A stretch of 64,000 nt of DNA from Methanobacteriota archaeon (GTDB lineage Archaea; Thermoplasmatota; Thermoplasmata; SG8-5; DAIRED01). The translations under genes were made by a program, and so were the position numbers. This document shows positions 1-9,627 of this stretch, piece after piece. Under the pieces are notes generated by a model. It had not been told where the DNA came from and did no database searches. It saw only the letters and a list, made by a program, of their open reading frames with translations. The stretch is from assembly GCA_043799545.1 (NCBI GenBank), contig JAZDNO010000005.1, positions 649 to 64,648 of the forward strand, written 5' to 3'. How positions within the stretch are numbered: the stretch's first letter is position 1; every line of letters begins with the position of its first letter.

Positions 1-1
1 A

Positions 2-1114
2 ATGGGAGCAAACATAGTGGAATATGCCGGCTGGGACGTGCCGATGCACTTCAAACTTGGGGTGGTCGGGGAGCACAACGCAGTACGAGCCTCTGTAGGC
101 GCCTTCGACGCATCGTTAATGGGGGATATTATAATCAAAGGGGACGGGGCCACCGCCGCTGTTCAGAGAATTTTCACGAACGATTTTACTAGTTGCAATG
201 CGGGAGAATCGAGATACACGCACATGCTCGACGAAAAGGGCCAGATAATCGACGACCCGACGGTCATTCGCATAGCCAAAGATGAGTACCTTTGCGTTCC
301 TAACGCAGCGGCAACGGCAAAGGCGCTGGAATGGATAACCAGCAACGCAACGGGCGCTAGTGTGGAGAACCATACGGGAGAGGTGGCATGCGTATCTGTC
401 CAGGGTCCGAAAGCTTCTGGAATCGTGTCGAAGGTCTTCGGGGGAGCGGTGGGGCGCCTGAAAGATTCGCAATCGGGCTTCTTTCCGATGCCAGAAGCCT
501 GGAAGGTTCTAAAAGATGAGCGCCCCACGCACGACTCGATTTTCCACAGGCAGCTGCAACAGGATATGAAAGTGCTCGTCACCAGGGCTGGGTATACGGG
601 GGAGGACGGTTTCGAGATTATCGTTCCAATTCGGGCTGGGATACAGCTGTGGCGCAACGTTTTGGAGTCCGAGGGCGGGTGCGTGCCGATAGGATTGGGA
701 GCGAGAGACACCCTGAGGATGGAGATGGGGTATCCGATGTCTGGCCAGGATTTCCATGCCAACCGAACCACATTGGAAACACGGAGCGAGCGCGCGCTCA
801 ACTGGAACCACGATTTCGTGGGAAAATCGGCTCTAGAGGCGCAGAAGGCTTCCGGGGGCTACCACGTGTTCTCGGGGCTGGTCCTCGAAGAGCACGGAGT
901 TCCAAGGGGCGGCTGTGCCGTGTTTAACGGGTCGGGCGAGCTTGTTGGCAGGCTTACGAGCGGGGCGATGTCTCCCACACTGGGCACGGGCATCGGTCTG
1001 GGCTACTTCGACGAGGGCAAGACCTCCCCGGGTACGCCCATCATCGTGGAATTCAAAGATAAAAAGGCGCGTGGAAAAATGGCGAAGCTGCCGCTGATAA
1101 AGGTCGGAGCCTGA
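2..1114 (+). CDS. gcvT: Glycine cleavage system T protein (aminomethyltransferase). The 5' end is truncated by the window edge.
   Basis: The 370-aa ORF has a GcvT-like folate-binding core and C-terminal barrel (motifs GYTGEDGFEI, GLGARDTLRME). The ORF begins at position 2 with no start codon. Confidence 0.8.
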   Translation: MGANIVEYAGWDVPMHFKLGVVGEHNAVRASVGAFDASLMGDIIIKGDGATAAVQRIFTNDFTSCNAGESRYTHMLDEKGQIIDDPTVIRIAKDEYLCVPNAAATAKALEWITSNATGASVENHTGEVACVSVQGPKASGIVSKVFGGAVGRLKDSQSGFFPMPEAWKVLKDERPTHDSIFHRQLQQDMKVLVTRAGYTGEDGFEIIVPIRAGIQLWRNVLESEGGCVPIGLGARDTLRMEMGYPMSGQDFHANRTTLETRSERALNWNHDFVGKSALEAQKASGGYHVFSGLVLEEHGVPRGGCAVFNGSGELVGRLTSGAMSPTLGTGIGLGYFDEGKTSPGTPIIVEFKDKKARGKMAKLPLIKVGA

Positions 1115-1137
1115 ATCATGCATGCGGGGGGGAGACC

Positions 1138-1996
1138 ATGAATATCGAGACGCTGAAGGAATTGGTGATGGTGCCTGGCGTGTCCGGGCACGAGAGCAGG
1201 GTGCGGGAATACGTCATGGCCAAGATTGGAAAGAGGGCGGATGGTCACGGTTCACACGGGACGCGGGGACATCGATGGCGTGATGGGCATCAAAGCTCCG
1301 CACCTGACCATCGACAAGGACGAAATCACCAAGGTCACTCCGTGGCAGAAGCTAGTCGTGGACCTGGGAACTCGGAGCCAAAAGGAAACGGAAGGCATCG
1401 GTGTCTCGCATATGGACCCCATCACACTAAAGAAGGGCTGGCAAGTTATGAACGGGAAGTACCTATGCTCAAGGGCATTGGACAATCGGGTTGGCTGCTG
1501 GGCCGTCCTCGAAGCCTTCGGGGCCGCGCTCAAGAAACGGCCGGCTGGCACGGCAAGCTACGTATGGAGCGTCCAAGAAGAAATCGGGTTCAGGGGAGCG
1601 GCAGTCATTGGCAATTCTATGTATATGGATTATGTTGTCGCAGTTGACACATACAGCACTACCGACGCTCCGGGGCAGGACAAGTTCTTCAAGCCCGTGA
1701 TGCTGGGCAAGGGGCCGGTTCTAAGGGCAGTCGATTCGATTGCCGTAGCGACGCCGTGCATGTGCGCCGCGGTCAAAAGGGTGGCCAGGGCTGCCAAGAT
1801 ACCCATGCAGCTGGGAATGACCGGCGGTTCGACCGACGGGGCGAAGCTCCAGGAATCGGGGGTCGCAGCAGCGCCTCTTGGTGTTCCGATGAGGTACACC
1901 CATTCGCCGGCAGAGGTCGTGCATCTAGACGATGTGGAGAACCTTGCAAAACTTGTTAGCGCGTTAATGGCCGACATAGGTAAAAACCCACCGTGA
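1138..1996 (+). pseudogene. M42-family (FrvX/CelM-like) aminopeptidase, disrupted by a frame change near 1226–1260 and missing about 55 aa including the HMDEIG metal-ligand segment.
   Basis: In frame +1 the ORF starts MNIETLKELVMVPGVSGHESRVREYV, a typical M42 N-terminus. The homologous C-terminal two-thirds (GQ-V-IHT, ALDNRVGCWAVLEA, VWSVQEEIGFRGA, GGSTDG) continues in frame +2 from 1226. The combined length (~286 aa) is shorter than the typical ~340 aa. Confidence 0.6.
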
Positions 1997-2012
1997 CGAA
2001 CACATCAATAAT

Positions 2013-5000
2013 TTGGGTCACGGAATGCGAATCACCCAAAGTATTATTACGCCGCAGGCCCAATGTTGTTATATCATGTGGCTGGGAAAAACGACATTGG
2101 TCTATGCTGCAGTGATTATCCTCCTGCTAGCCGCGGTGCCCATCAATAGCGGAACGAGGAGCATCCCCGACCAGGTTTTTAAACATACAAGAGGGGCTAG
2201 CGACCTCCCGGCGAAGAACGCTCCCCCCTCGGTTGCACCTAGAGTCATCAACACCACAATGGAAATCGAGAACATGACGATGTCGGTTTCCGAAGGAGCC
2301 ATGCTACATCATCTGGAAAAGCTGGTGGCGTTCGAGACACGCTATTCATACAGCCCTCGGATAATGGATGCGGCGGAATACGTTTACGAAACCTTCGACA
2401 ATTGCGGACTCCAGGTCGAATACCAAGACTACACATTCAGCGGCTACCAAATGCGGAATGTTATCGGAACACTGGAAGGCGCCAACACTTCGGCTCCAGC
2501 GTTCTATCTCGGCGCGCACCTGGATTCGACGTCGACCTCTGCATATATCGACGCATCTGGGGCGGACGACGACGGAAGCGGAGTGGCTGCAGTGTTGGTC
2601 GCAGCCGAAACCCTTAGCCATTACTCGTTCAACCGCACACTCGTGTTCTGCGCTTTCTCTGGTGAAGAGCAGGGACTACTGGGCAGCAAGGCATTCACCA
2701 AGATGCTTTACCAATCGGGAGCGAACGTCAGCGGGGCGATTTGCCTGGACATGATTGCATACACGCCCCCCATTCCGAACAACGTGCTGCGCTCCCGCGC
2801 CAACGCGGCGTCATTAGACCTAGCAAACTTCACGCACAACATCTCCGAGAAGTATCCAAGCATGGGAATCAACGCAACGGCGATATACGACAACGCGGCC
2901 AACAGCGACCACGCGGCCTTCTGGACATGGGGTTGGGACGCGGTCAATTTCATAGAGTACAACTATTCCACGAACCCAAACTACCACAAGACGACGGACA
3001 CCATCGAGTACCTTAACCTGACCTATGCGGCCAACGCGACGCAGGTGGCGATCGCCTGCGCCGCCGAGAAGTCGGTTTTGATGGGGGGGGACGCCAAAGG
3101 GCCAACCTTCAGGAACGTGGTACCGTTACCCGATGGACACGCGAACGAAACTCCCGTAGTAAGCGTTTGTGTGTTGGACCCGTCTTCCATCGACCCCGCA
3201 ACAGTTCAGTTATACGTCAATGGCTCAATTGTATCATGCGCCGTCACCCAATTTTCATGGGGCTACAATGTAACTTTCGAACCGCCTGCAGCATGGGGCG
3301 ACACCCAATTAATAGCATGCGGGGTCGTAGCCAACGACTCGCTTGGCAACTTTGCCGACCTGTGGTGGAATTTCACGGTCGATGCGACACCGCCTGAAGT
3401 TCCGGTTTTGGCAAGCGTGGAATTGTCAAGGGTACGGGCTGATCGGGGCAGCCTTGCGATTGACCTTGGACCCGCTGGCTCGGATGACGACTATTACGTG
3501 ACGAGCCCGAGCGTGATGCTCGATGGCGCGCTCTATAAAATGTGGTATGGCGGGTGTGACAACTACCCCAAGCCAACAAGCATCGGCGTATATAGGATAT
3601 TCTATGCCACGTCAACGGACGGCACAAACTGGACCAAGCACGGAGTCGTCCTGTCCCCGGGCGCGTCTGGGGAAATGGACTCGACGCACACCGCCGACTG
3701 CTCGGTCGTTAAAATAAACGGGACGTATAAGATGTGGTACAGCGCCCACAACGGCACGACATACCGGATAATGCACGCCACTTCGCCAGACGGCGAAAAC
3801 TGGACCAAGGTGGGGCTTGCTTTGGATTTAGGCTCGCCAGGCACGTACGATGACGCATGGGTCGCGAACCCCGAGGTACTCGTCGTCGGCTCTGAATACT
3901 GGATGTACTACACGGGCAACAGCGACATTAGATTCCAGGTATGCAAGGCAGTATCGAGCGACGGACTGAATTGGACCCGATGCGGTTTTGTAATCGGGTC
4001 GGGAGAGGCCGGTGAGAGGGATTCGGTTCTCGCATACGGGCCGGCGGTTTACCGCTCTGGTACTGGTTATGTCTGCTGGTACTCCGGTTTCGATGGTGTA
4101 AGGAACCGTTTGGTAAAAGCCGTGTCGGCCGACGGGAACAACTGGACGAAGATGGGGCTGGCGCTGGACATCGGGATTGCGGGCAGCTACGATTCCGCTG
4201 CAGTGACACACCCCGCATGTTTATTTGATGGCAACACGACCCGAGTATGGTACGGCGGAAGTAACGGTTATTACAGAATCCTGTCTGCGTCCTTGCCTGA
4301 ATCCGGACCAGGGCAAAAAAAAGAGAGCGTTGTCCTGCGATGGGCCACGGCCATTGGGGAGGTGGCGCGCTACGAGGTGCGGGCCTCTCTCACATGGGAG
4401 GACTGCTTGGCCGTCGAGGGTGGGGTCTGGATGCCGGCCCAAAATGGCTTGTTCGTTCACAACGGCATGGGCGCGGGCAACGGCACGGCATACTATTATT
4501 CGCTTCGGGCGGCGGACAGGGTTGGGCACATCAGCACGCACTGGACTCGCGCGGCGAAGGCAGCGGCTCCGGCCCCAGCAGGCTGGACCCCCCTTGGGCA
4601 CATCGATTCCGAAATGGCAAACCTGACAGCGGCTTTCGAAAGCCTGTCATGGACAGGGCTGATGGCATGGAACTCGACCGATGTGGCTAACCATTGGCGC
4701 ACAAACTTCACGGTCCGCCCCTCGTACATGAACGACCTCGCATCGCTCTGGTCGATGGCAGGCTGTTGGGTCAAAACAAACAACGCTTCGACATACGTAT
4801 CGGTGTGCCTAGTCAAGAACTTCACCGTACAGCTCCAGCCCGGCTGGAATTTCGTTTCGTACCCTCACATGGCAATCAAGACGGCTGCTCAGACAATGGG
4901 TGAAATCGGAAGCGAATGTGCGTCCATCGAGGGATTTGACCAATCTGCAACATACCGGCTGAAGGCGCTTTCCGGTACAGACCCGATGAGCCCCGGGCGG

Positions 5001-5054
5001 GCTTACTGGCTCTTCCTGACCGCTTCGGCCACTTGGACCATTCAAAATTATTGA
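2013..5054 (+). CDS. Membrane-anchored or secreted M28 zinc aminopeptidase fused to a BNR/Asp-box beta-propeller region; likely heavily N-glycosylated.
   Basis: An N-terminal hydrophobic anchor (LVYAAVIILLLAAVPI) is present. M28 metal ligands are present in order (GAHLDST, GADDDGSG, SGEEQGLLGS, CLDMIAY, SDHAAF). At least five repeats of about 60 aa carry S-x-DG-x-NWTK/R Asp-box motifs and Y-MWY strands. More than 40 N-x-S/T sequons occur. Confidence 0.75.
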   Translation: MGHGMRITQSIITPQAQCCYIMWLGKTTLVYAAVIILLLAAVPINSGTRSIPDQVFKHTRGASDLPAKNAPPSVAPRVINTTMEIENMTMSVSEGAMLHHLEKLVAFETRYSYSPRIMDAAEYVYETFDNCGLQVEYQDYTFSGYQMRNVIGTLEGANTSAPAFYLGAHLDSTSTSAYIDASGADDDGSGVAAVLVAAETLSHYSFNRTLVFCAFSGEEQGLLGSKAFTKMLYQSGANVSGAICLDMIAYTPPIPNNVLRSRANAASLDLANFTHNISEKYPSMGINATAIYDNAANSDHAAFWTWGWDAVNFIEYNYSTNPNYHKTTDTIEYLNLTYAANATQVAIACAAEKSVLMGGDAKGPTFRNVVPLPDGHANETPVVSVCVLDPSSIDPATVQLYVNGSIVSCAVTQFSWGYNVTFEPPAAWGDTQLIACGVVANDSLGNFADLWWNFTVDATPPEVPVLASVELSRVRADRGSLAIDLGPAGSDDDYYVTSPSVMLDGALYKMWYGGCDNYPKPTSIGVYRIFYATSTDGTNWTKHGVVLSPGASGEMDSTHTADCSVVKINGTYKMWYSAHNGTTYRIMHATSPDGENWTKVGLALDLGSPGTYDDAWVANPEVLVVGSEYWMYYTGNSDIRFQVCKAVSSDGLNWTRCGFVIGSGEAGERDSVLAYGPAVYRSGTGYVCWYSGFDGVRNRLVKAVSADGNNWTKMGLALDIGIAGSYDSAAVTHPACLFDGNTTRVWYGGSNGYYRILSASLPESGPGQKKESVVLRWATAIGEVARYEVRASLTWEDCLAVEGGVWMPAQNGLFVHNGMGAGNGTAYYYSLRAADRVGHISTHWTRAAKAAAPAPAGWTPLGHIDSEMANLTAAFESLSWTGLMAWNSTDVANHWRTNFTVRPSYMNDLASLWSMAGCWVKTNNASTYVSVCLVKNFTVQLQPGWNFVSYPHMAIKTAAQTMGEIGSECASIEGFDQSATYRLKALSGTDPMSPGRAYWLFLTASATWTIQNY

Positions 5055-5692
5055 TCGCCAGGCGCATCATTTTCCAGCCGTTTCAGAACCCCTCTCGCCC
5101 TTTCCAGCTCCACTATGGCGAGGAGCCTCTTGGAACGCCCGGATAGTTCGGACACGGCCTTGGCGATTTGCGCCTCTCTGCGCTGTTCCAGTAGGTCATA
5201 TCCCCGGACTTTTCGGAGCCGCCTGTCCCAATCGAGTACAAACGCTTCCGCGGAAGATTGGTCGAACCGCGCCGATGAAATTCGGTTGCGCCATAAGGTC
5301 CTTCGCACGAAATCCCAGCCCGAAACCAATGAAACGTATGACCTGGTGAACTCCTCCTCGGTCAGGTCGACGCCGACGACCCTGGCTTTAAGTTCGTCCG
5401 AAATTTTAACAGCGGCCGTGAAGCAGCGCGGGGGGCGCTCAACCTCGCCGAACTGGCAGAGGCCGCTCTCGTAAACATTTTCCTCGACCGTGCCGCACAA
5501 TGGCTCCAGGGGTTTTCCGTCGTGCGCGCGCAGCGCCTTCAGCTCTTCCGGGGATATGGACAGCGCAACAGCGTCAGGCACGAACTCTCTGGCATGGCGC
5601 TCGACGTTCTCGCCTTCGGATACGAGCCCTCGAATGACGGGCAGAAAGAGGATTTCACAGCCCCCCCTGGTAAATCGGGCGGTGTCCATCAC
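5048..5692 (-). CDS. Hypothetical protein with weak TraB/GumN-family-like features.
   Basis: The 214-aa ORF has its start overlapping the stop of the upstream COG1395 regulator by 4 nt (ATGA), suggesting an operon. Only weak motif resemblance to TraB (PDAVAL…EEL; LLAIVELE). Confidence 0.35.
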   Translation of the reverse strand: MMDTARFTRGGCEILFLPVIRGLVSEGENVERHAREFVPDAVALSISPEELKALRAHDGKPLEPLCGTVEENVYESGLCQFGEVERPPRCFTAAVKISDELKARVVGVDLTEEEFTRSYVSLVSGWDFVRRTLWRNRISSARFDQSSAEAFVLDWDRRLRKVRGYDLLEQRREAQIAKAVSELSGRSKRLLAIVELERARGVLKRLENDAPGDQ

Positions 5693-6633
5693 CGGCCCCC
5701 CCTTTCCCGCACGAGCCGCTTGAGCTCCGATGGGTCCCTGACCTTTTTCAGCTCGTCCTGGCCAACCACAGCGGACCCTCCGGCGTTCTTCCTCGGAGAC
5801 GCCCTGCGCGTGAATATCACGGATTGCCTGCCCGCTATCTTGGCCACGTTGAAAGACGCCAAGCCCTTCTCTCCTAGGCCAGCTATATCTTTTGCCACGC
5901 CGGTGACGTAAAGGTTCTCCCGCTCCTTCGTGAGGGCATCGAACGGGCAGTGCGCGGTCTGGTAAACGCTGTAGCCCAATTTGCCCAGGGACGCGAACAC
6001 CTCCGCGTTGAGACCGCTAGCTTCGGGCGCAGACGCGCTCTCTTCCATCGCGCCACCGGAATTGTACGAGAGGGGGTCGACGGGCAGTATCAGATTCCGC
6101 CCGAGGAACTTCTCGAGGCGCAGAGCGGCCTCCAGCATCGCGCCCATCCCGTTTTCGTACATCTGGATGGCTCGGCGCGATACGCCCGCGGCTTCAGCGA
6201 GTTCGCCTATGGACACATTCCCCTCCCTAGCTTTCCTCAGCACATCTGAATCCACTTTGACATAGAGGCCTCCCGGCCCCGCGAACACATACGGTGGAAC
6301 GCCCTCAACGAACAGGTCTTTCAAGGAGCCCAGGGAGAGGAGTGGCACGCCGTACCTGGAAAAGACGACGCCGTCCTCGAGCTTGCCTTTTGCGCCGTGC
6401 GATGCGACTGCCAGCGGCGCCCCGCCGAGGGTCGAGGCCAACACAATCATCTCCCTCGCGGTTTCGCGCTCCATCGAGGCCACGCTCTGCACGCACTTGA
6501 CGACGATGATTAGTCCCTCGCGCCTTGCGACCATGTCGAAGCTCACGCTTCTCAGGCCGTGCGGCTCGGAGACCATGAAATCTGCCCGCGCCAGCAATGC
6601 GCGAAGCTCCCGTTCCAGATGTTCTCGTCTCAT
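5689..6633 (-). CDS. Archaeal HTH-type transcriptional regulator (COG1395 family) with an XRE-type helix-turn-helix.
   Basis: The HTH motif is VSIGELAEAAGVSRRAIQMYENG. The overall 314-aa architecture is typical of the archaea-specific COG1395 family. Confidence 0.7.
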   Translation of the reverse strand: MRREHLERELRALLARADFMVSEPHGLRSVSFDMVARREGLIIVVKCVQSVASMERETAREMIVLASTLGGAPLAVASHGAKGKLEDGVVFSRYGVPLLSLGSLKDLFVEGVPPYVFAGPGGLYVKVDSDVLRKAREGNVSIGELAEAAGVSRRAIQMYENGMGAMLEAALRLEKFLGRNLILPVDPLSYNSGGAMEESASAPEASGLNAEVFASLGKLGYSVYQTAHCPFDALTKERENLYVTGVAKDIAGLGEKGLASFNVAKIAGRQSVIFTRRASPRKNAGGSAVVGQDELKKVRDPSELKRLVRERGGR

Positions 6634-6743
6634 CGGACCAGTTTACGTAGCCCCTATATTTATCAATTGTGTTTAAACAGGCATGCTCGAAACGCATCCG
6701 GGATGAACTGGCGTGTCCAAGTACGGCGTTTGTCTGTTTTAGA

Positions 6744-8177
6744 TTATTCCGTCGCGCTCAGGAACGCCTTGTACGCTAGGTACGCGTGGTAGACATCCAC
6801 CTTGCTGACCAGCTCGTACGGCGAGTGCATGCTCAGCAGCGGCGGGCCTACGTCGACGACGTCCATGTTGTGATGTGCGAGGTACTTGGCGACCGTGCCC
6901 CCACCGCCCTCGTCGACCTTTCCCAGCTCAGCCGATTGCCAGGCCACTCCCGCCTTGTTGAAAATCCTGCGCACGTAACCTACGAATTCGGCGTTCGCGT
7001 CGTTGGAGCCGCCTTTTCCTCCGCTCCCCGTGAACTTGGTGATGCAGACTCCGTGGGAGATGCGCGCGGCGTTGAGCGGTTCGTGCACGTCCTTGAACGA
7101 GGGGTCCATCCCTGCGTCCACATCGGCGGACAGGGCTCGCGATTTGCCCATCGCCAGCTTGAAAACGGTGTAGTCTGATTTCGGTTCTGCCGCCTTCGTG
7201 TATTCTGCCAGGAACAGCTCCAGAAATGCGGACTGGGCCCCGGTCGGACCCTCGCTTCCAATTTCTTCCTTATCATAGAAGACCGCGACCGCAGTCCTCA
7301 GCGGGACCTTCACTTCCTCAATCGCCGTGAGCTCGGTGTAGGCGCAGACGCGGTCGTCGTGGCCGTAGCCGCCTATTATCGAGCGGTCCAGTCCGACATC
7401 CCTGGCCATGTGCGCGGGAACCATTTCGATTTCCGCGCTGATCAGGTCCTCCTCGATGATGCCGTAGGAGTCGTTCAGGTGCTTCAGGACGGCGAGCTTT
7501 ATCTTCTCCTTATCCTCGGATTTTCCATCCAGCGGTATGCCAGCGACGACGATGTTCATCTCTTCGCCCTTGATTCCGTCGAACAGCTTTCTCTCCCCCT
7601 GCAAGCGCCTGGCGAGGTGGGGCAGGAGGTCGGGTATCAGGAAGATTGGCTCGTCCTCCTTCTCCCCTATCACGATGTCAAGGACTTCGCCGTCGCCCTT
7701 CAGGATTCTCCCGTGCAGGGCGAGCGGGACGTTCGTCCACTGGTATTTTTTCACCCCTCCGTAATAGTGGGTCTTGAGGAGGCCTATGCATGCGTCCGTG
7801 TCTTCGTAAAGCGGCTTCTGCTTTAGGTCGACCCTGGGGGAATCGATGTGCGCGCAGACAACGTGGAACCCCTCCGAGGGCCCGAGCTTTCCGGCGATGA
7901 CGAGGGCGACGTTCTTCTCTTTGTTTATCGCGTAGAACCTGTCGCCGGGCTTCACGCTCTTCGCGGCGGCCAGGGGCCGGAACCCCGCCTTCTCGGCGCG
8001 CCTGACGATGTACCTCACGACCTCCCTCTCCGTCTTGCAGGCGGAAAGGAAGCGCGCGTATTCCTCGCAGTAACCGAAAACGGTCTTCTTCTTCGGGTCC
8101 AGGCGGTTCCAGGCCGATTCGCGTTTCAGGACCAGCTTGTCAGACAGCTTGCTCTTTGGTTTAGGCATTTGCATCAA
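6744..8177 (-). CDS. M18-family aminopeptidase (aspartyl aminopeptidase / ApeA-like).
   Basis: The 477-aa ORF has M18 hallmarks: a HIDSP region, GGYGHDDRVC, EEIGSEG, and a C-terminal LSMHSPYE motif. Confidence 0.75.
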   Translation of the reverse strand: MMQMPKPKSKLSDKLVLKRESAWNRLDPKKKTVFGYCEEYARFLSACKTEREVVRYIVRRAEKAGFRPLAAAKSVKPGDRFYAINKEKNVALVIAGKLGPSEGFHVVCAHIDSPRVDLKQKPLYEDTDACIGLLKTHYYGGVKKYQWTNVPLALHGRILKGDGEVLDIVIGEKEDEPIFLIPDLLPHLARRLQGERKLFDGIKGEEMNIVVAGIPLDGKSEDKEKIKLAVLKHLNDSYGIIEEDLISAEIEMVPAHMARDVGLDRSIIGGYGHDDRVCAYTELTAIEEVKVPLRTAVAVFYDKEEIGSEGPTGAQSAFLELFLAEYTKAAEPKSDYTVFKLAMGKSRALSADVDAGMDPSFKDVHEPLNAARISHGVCITKFTGSGGKGGSNDANAEFVGYVRRIFNKAGVAWQSAELGKVDEGGGGTVAKYLAHHNMDVVDVGPPLLSMHSPYELVSKVDVYHAYLAYKAFLSATE

Positions 8178-8255
8178 ACCCCCTTTTTAAAAAAGGCGCA
8201 ACACGAGAATGGGCTGTCATTATTTAGAATTTACTCTGGAAGATTGCGCTCGCGT

Positions 8256-8924
8256 TCAGCGCGCTTTTGGACGAAATTTACCGGGCATGGGCGGTATTTT
8301 GGTTGTGGCCTTGAGCAATTTCATCCGTTCGAGCGAATCAATCGCTTGGATTACCAGATTATCGATGGCGTTTGTGGAGTCGAGGGTGACGAAGCGCCTC
8401 TCCTTTGAAAGCTCCATGTACGCCGCATGAACCCTCCGTAGATAGGCCAGCCTCTCGAACTTGGTCCTGCTCGGGCGGCCCGCCATCCTTTTCATAGACG
8501 TTTGAGGTTCGAGTTTAAGGAAGAAAGTCACATCCGGCGTCAGTATGCTTGGCGGGGATGCCTGTTTGAGCCATGCCAGCGCGCCACCGAGGCCGCCGGG
8601 AAACGTGGGGGCCAGGGCCGAGCCCTGGTAAGCCAGCGTGGAATCGTGGTACCGGTCTGATATCACGATACGTCCCCGGGCGGTTTCCTTGGCGATTTCG
8701 GTGCAATGGACGACCCTGTCAGCCATGAAAAGGTAGGCCTCGACATACGGGCCCGACCTGTCATCCCACGACCTGCGCACGGCATCGCCCAGCCAGGTGC
8801 CTGTCGGCTCGCGGGTTACAACCACCTTGTGGTTGCTGTTCAGCAGCGCTTTTGCCAGCGCCTTGACGAACGTGGACTTGCCGCAGCCGTCTATGCCCTC
8901 CACCGTGATGAAAAGACCGCGCAT
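8256..8924 (-). CDS. tmk: Thymidylate kinase.
   Basis: Starts at an internal Met (MRGLFITVEGIDGCGKST, P-loop) and carries the DRY motif (ISDRYHDSTLAYQG). The longer six-frame ORF extending to 9374 overlaps psd on the opposite strand and is taken as spurious. Confidence 0.85.
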   Translation of the reverse strand: MRGLFITVEGIDGCGKSTFVKALAKALLNSNHKVVVTREPTGTWLGDAVRRSWDDRSGPYVEAYLFMADRVVHCTEIAKETARGRIVISDRYHDSTLAYQGSALAPTFPGGLGGALAWLKQASPPSILTPDVTFFLKLEPQTSMKRMAGRPSRTKFERLAYLRRVHAAYMELSKERRFVTLDSTNAIDNLVIQAIDSLERMKLLKATTKIPPMPGKFRPKAR

Positions 8925-8991
8925 CCACCGTGTATCTGCGAGGTGGGAGATATAGGTTGCCGACCGAAACAGAAATATCACACCCGAGCGA

Positions 8992-9627
8992 TTGGAGGTC
9001 GTGCTAGCAAAAGGTTCGGGCCCGTTCATCGCGGCGGCCGTTATCGCCACAGCAACCTTCGTCGCGCTTGCGTATTTCTGGTCAAATGCAATCGCCATGC
9101 TCTTTGCGGGGCTGGCAGCCGGGCTCCCGGTCTTCGTTTTGTACTTCTTCAGGGACCCGGAAAGGATAATAGGGGAAGGTGTGGTTTCCCCCGCCGATGG
9201 GAAGGTCATGGCTGTCGAGGACGATGGAAAGGATTGGCACGTGGCGATTTTCATGAACGTCCACGACGTGCACGTGAATCGCGCGCCGCTCGATTGCAGG
9301 GTCGCATCCATGCGAAGGGCCGGCGACGGGTTCAGGCTGGCATACGAGCCTGGCTCCAGTTCCAACGTTCGCATGGAGTGGGGGCTCGATTCGGCGGCTG
9401 GGCGCGTGGGCGTGCATCAAATCACTGGATGGTTTGCGAGGCGCATCGTGCCGTACGCGGTCGAGGGCCAGGCGTTGAAGAAGGGGGAGCGCTTCGGCAT
9501 GATAAGGTTCGGCTCGAGGGTGGATGTCTGGCTGCCCAAGGAATCGTTCAAGCCGTCGGTGGAAGCCGGCCAGCGGGTATTGGCCGGCGCAAGCACCATT
9601 GCGGAGCCTGCGGGAGGCGCGGCCTGA
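8992..9627 (+). CDS. psd: Archaeal-type phosphatidylserine (archaetidylserine) decarboxylase proenzyme.
   Basis: Contains FGSRVD, the G-S self-cleavage (pyruvoyl-forming) site, plus an N-terminal TM segment. The stop codon overlaps the start of the next gene by 1 nt. Confidence 0.75.
   Translation: MEVVLAKGSGPFIAAAVIATATFVALAYFWSNAIAMLFAGLAAGLPVFVLYFFRDPERIIGEGVVSPADGKVMAVEDDGKDWHVAIFMNVHDVHVNRAPLDCRVASMRRAGDGFRLAYEPGSSSNVRMEWGLDSAAGRVGVHQITGWFARRIVPYAVEGQALKKGERFGMIRFGSRVDVWLPKESFKPSVEAGQRVLAGASTIAEPAGGAA

Noticed and set aside
8706-9626. An N-terminal 300-aa extension of the long + frame that ends in the pssA gene.
   Set aside because: It is Arg/Gly-rich and of low complexity, it overlaps tmk (antisense), and it is out of frame with psd. 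A proper start for the transferase domain exists at 9627, coupled to the psd stop.
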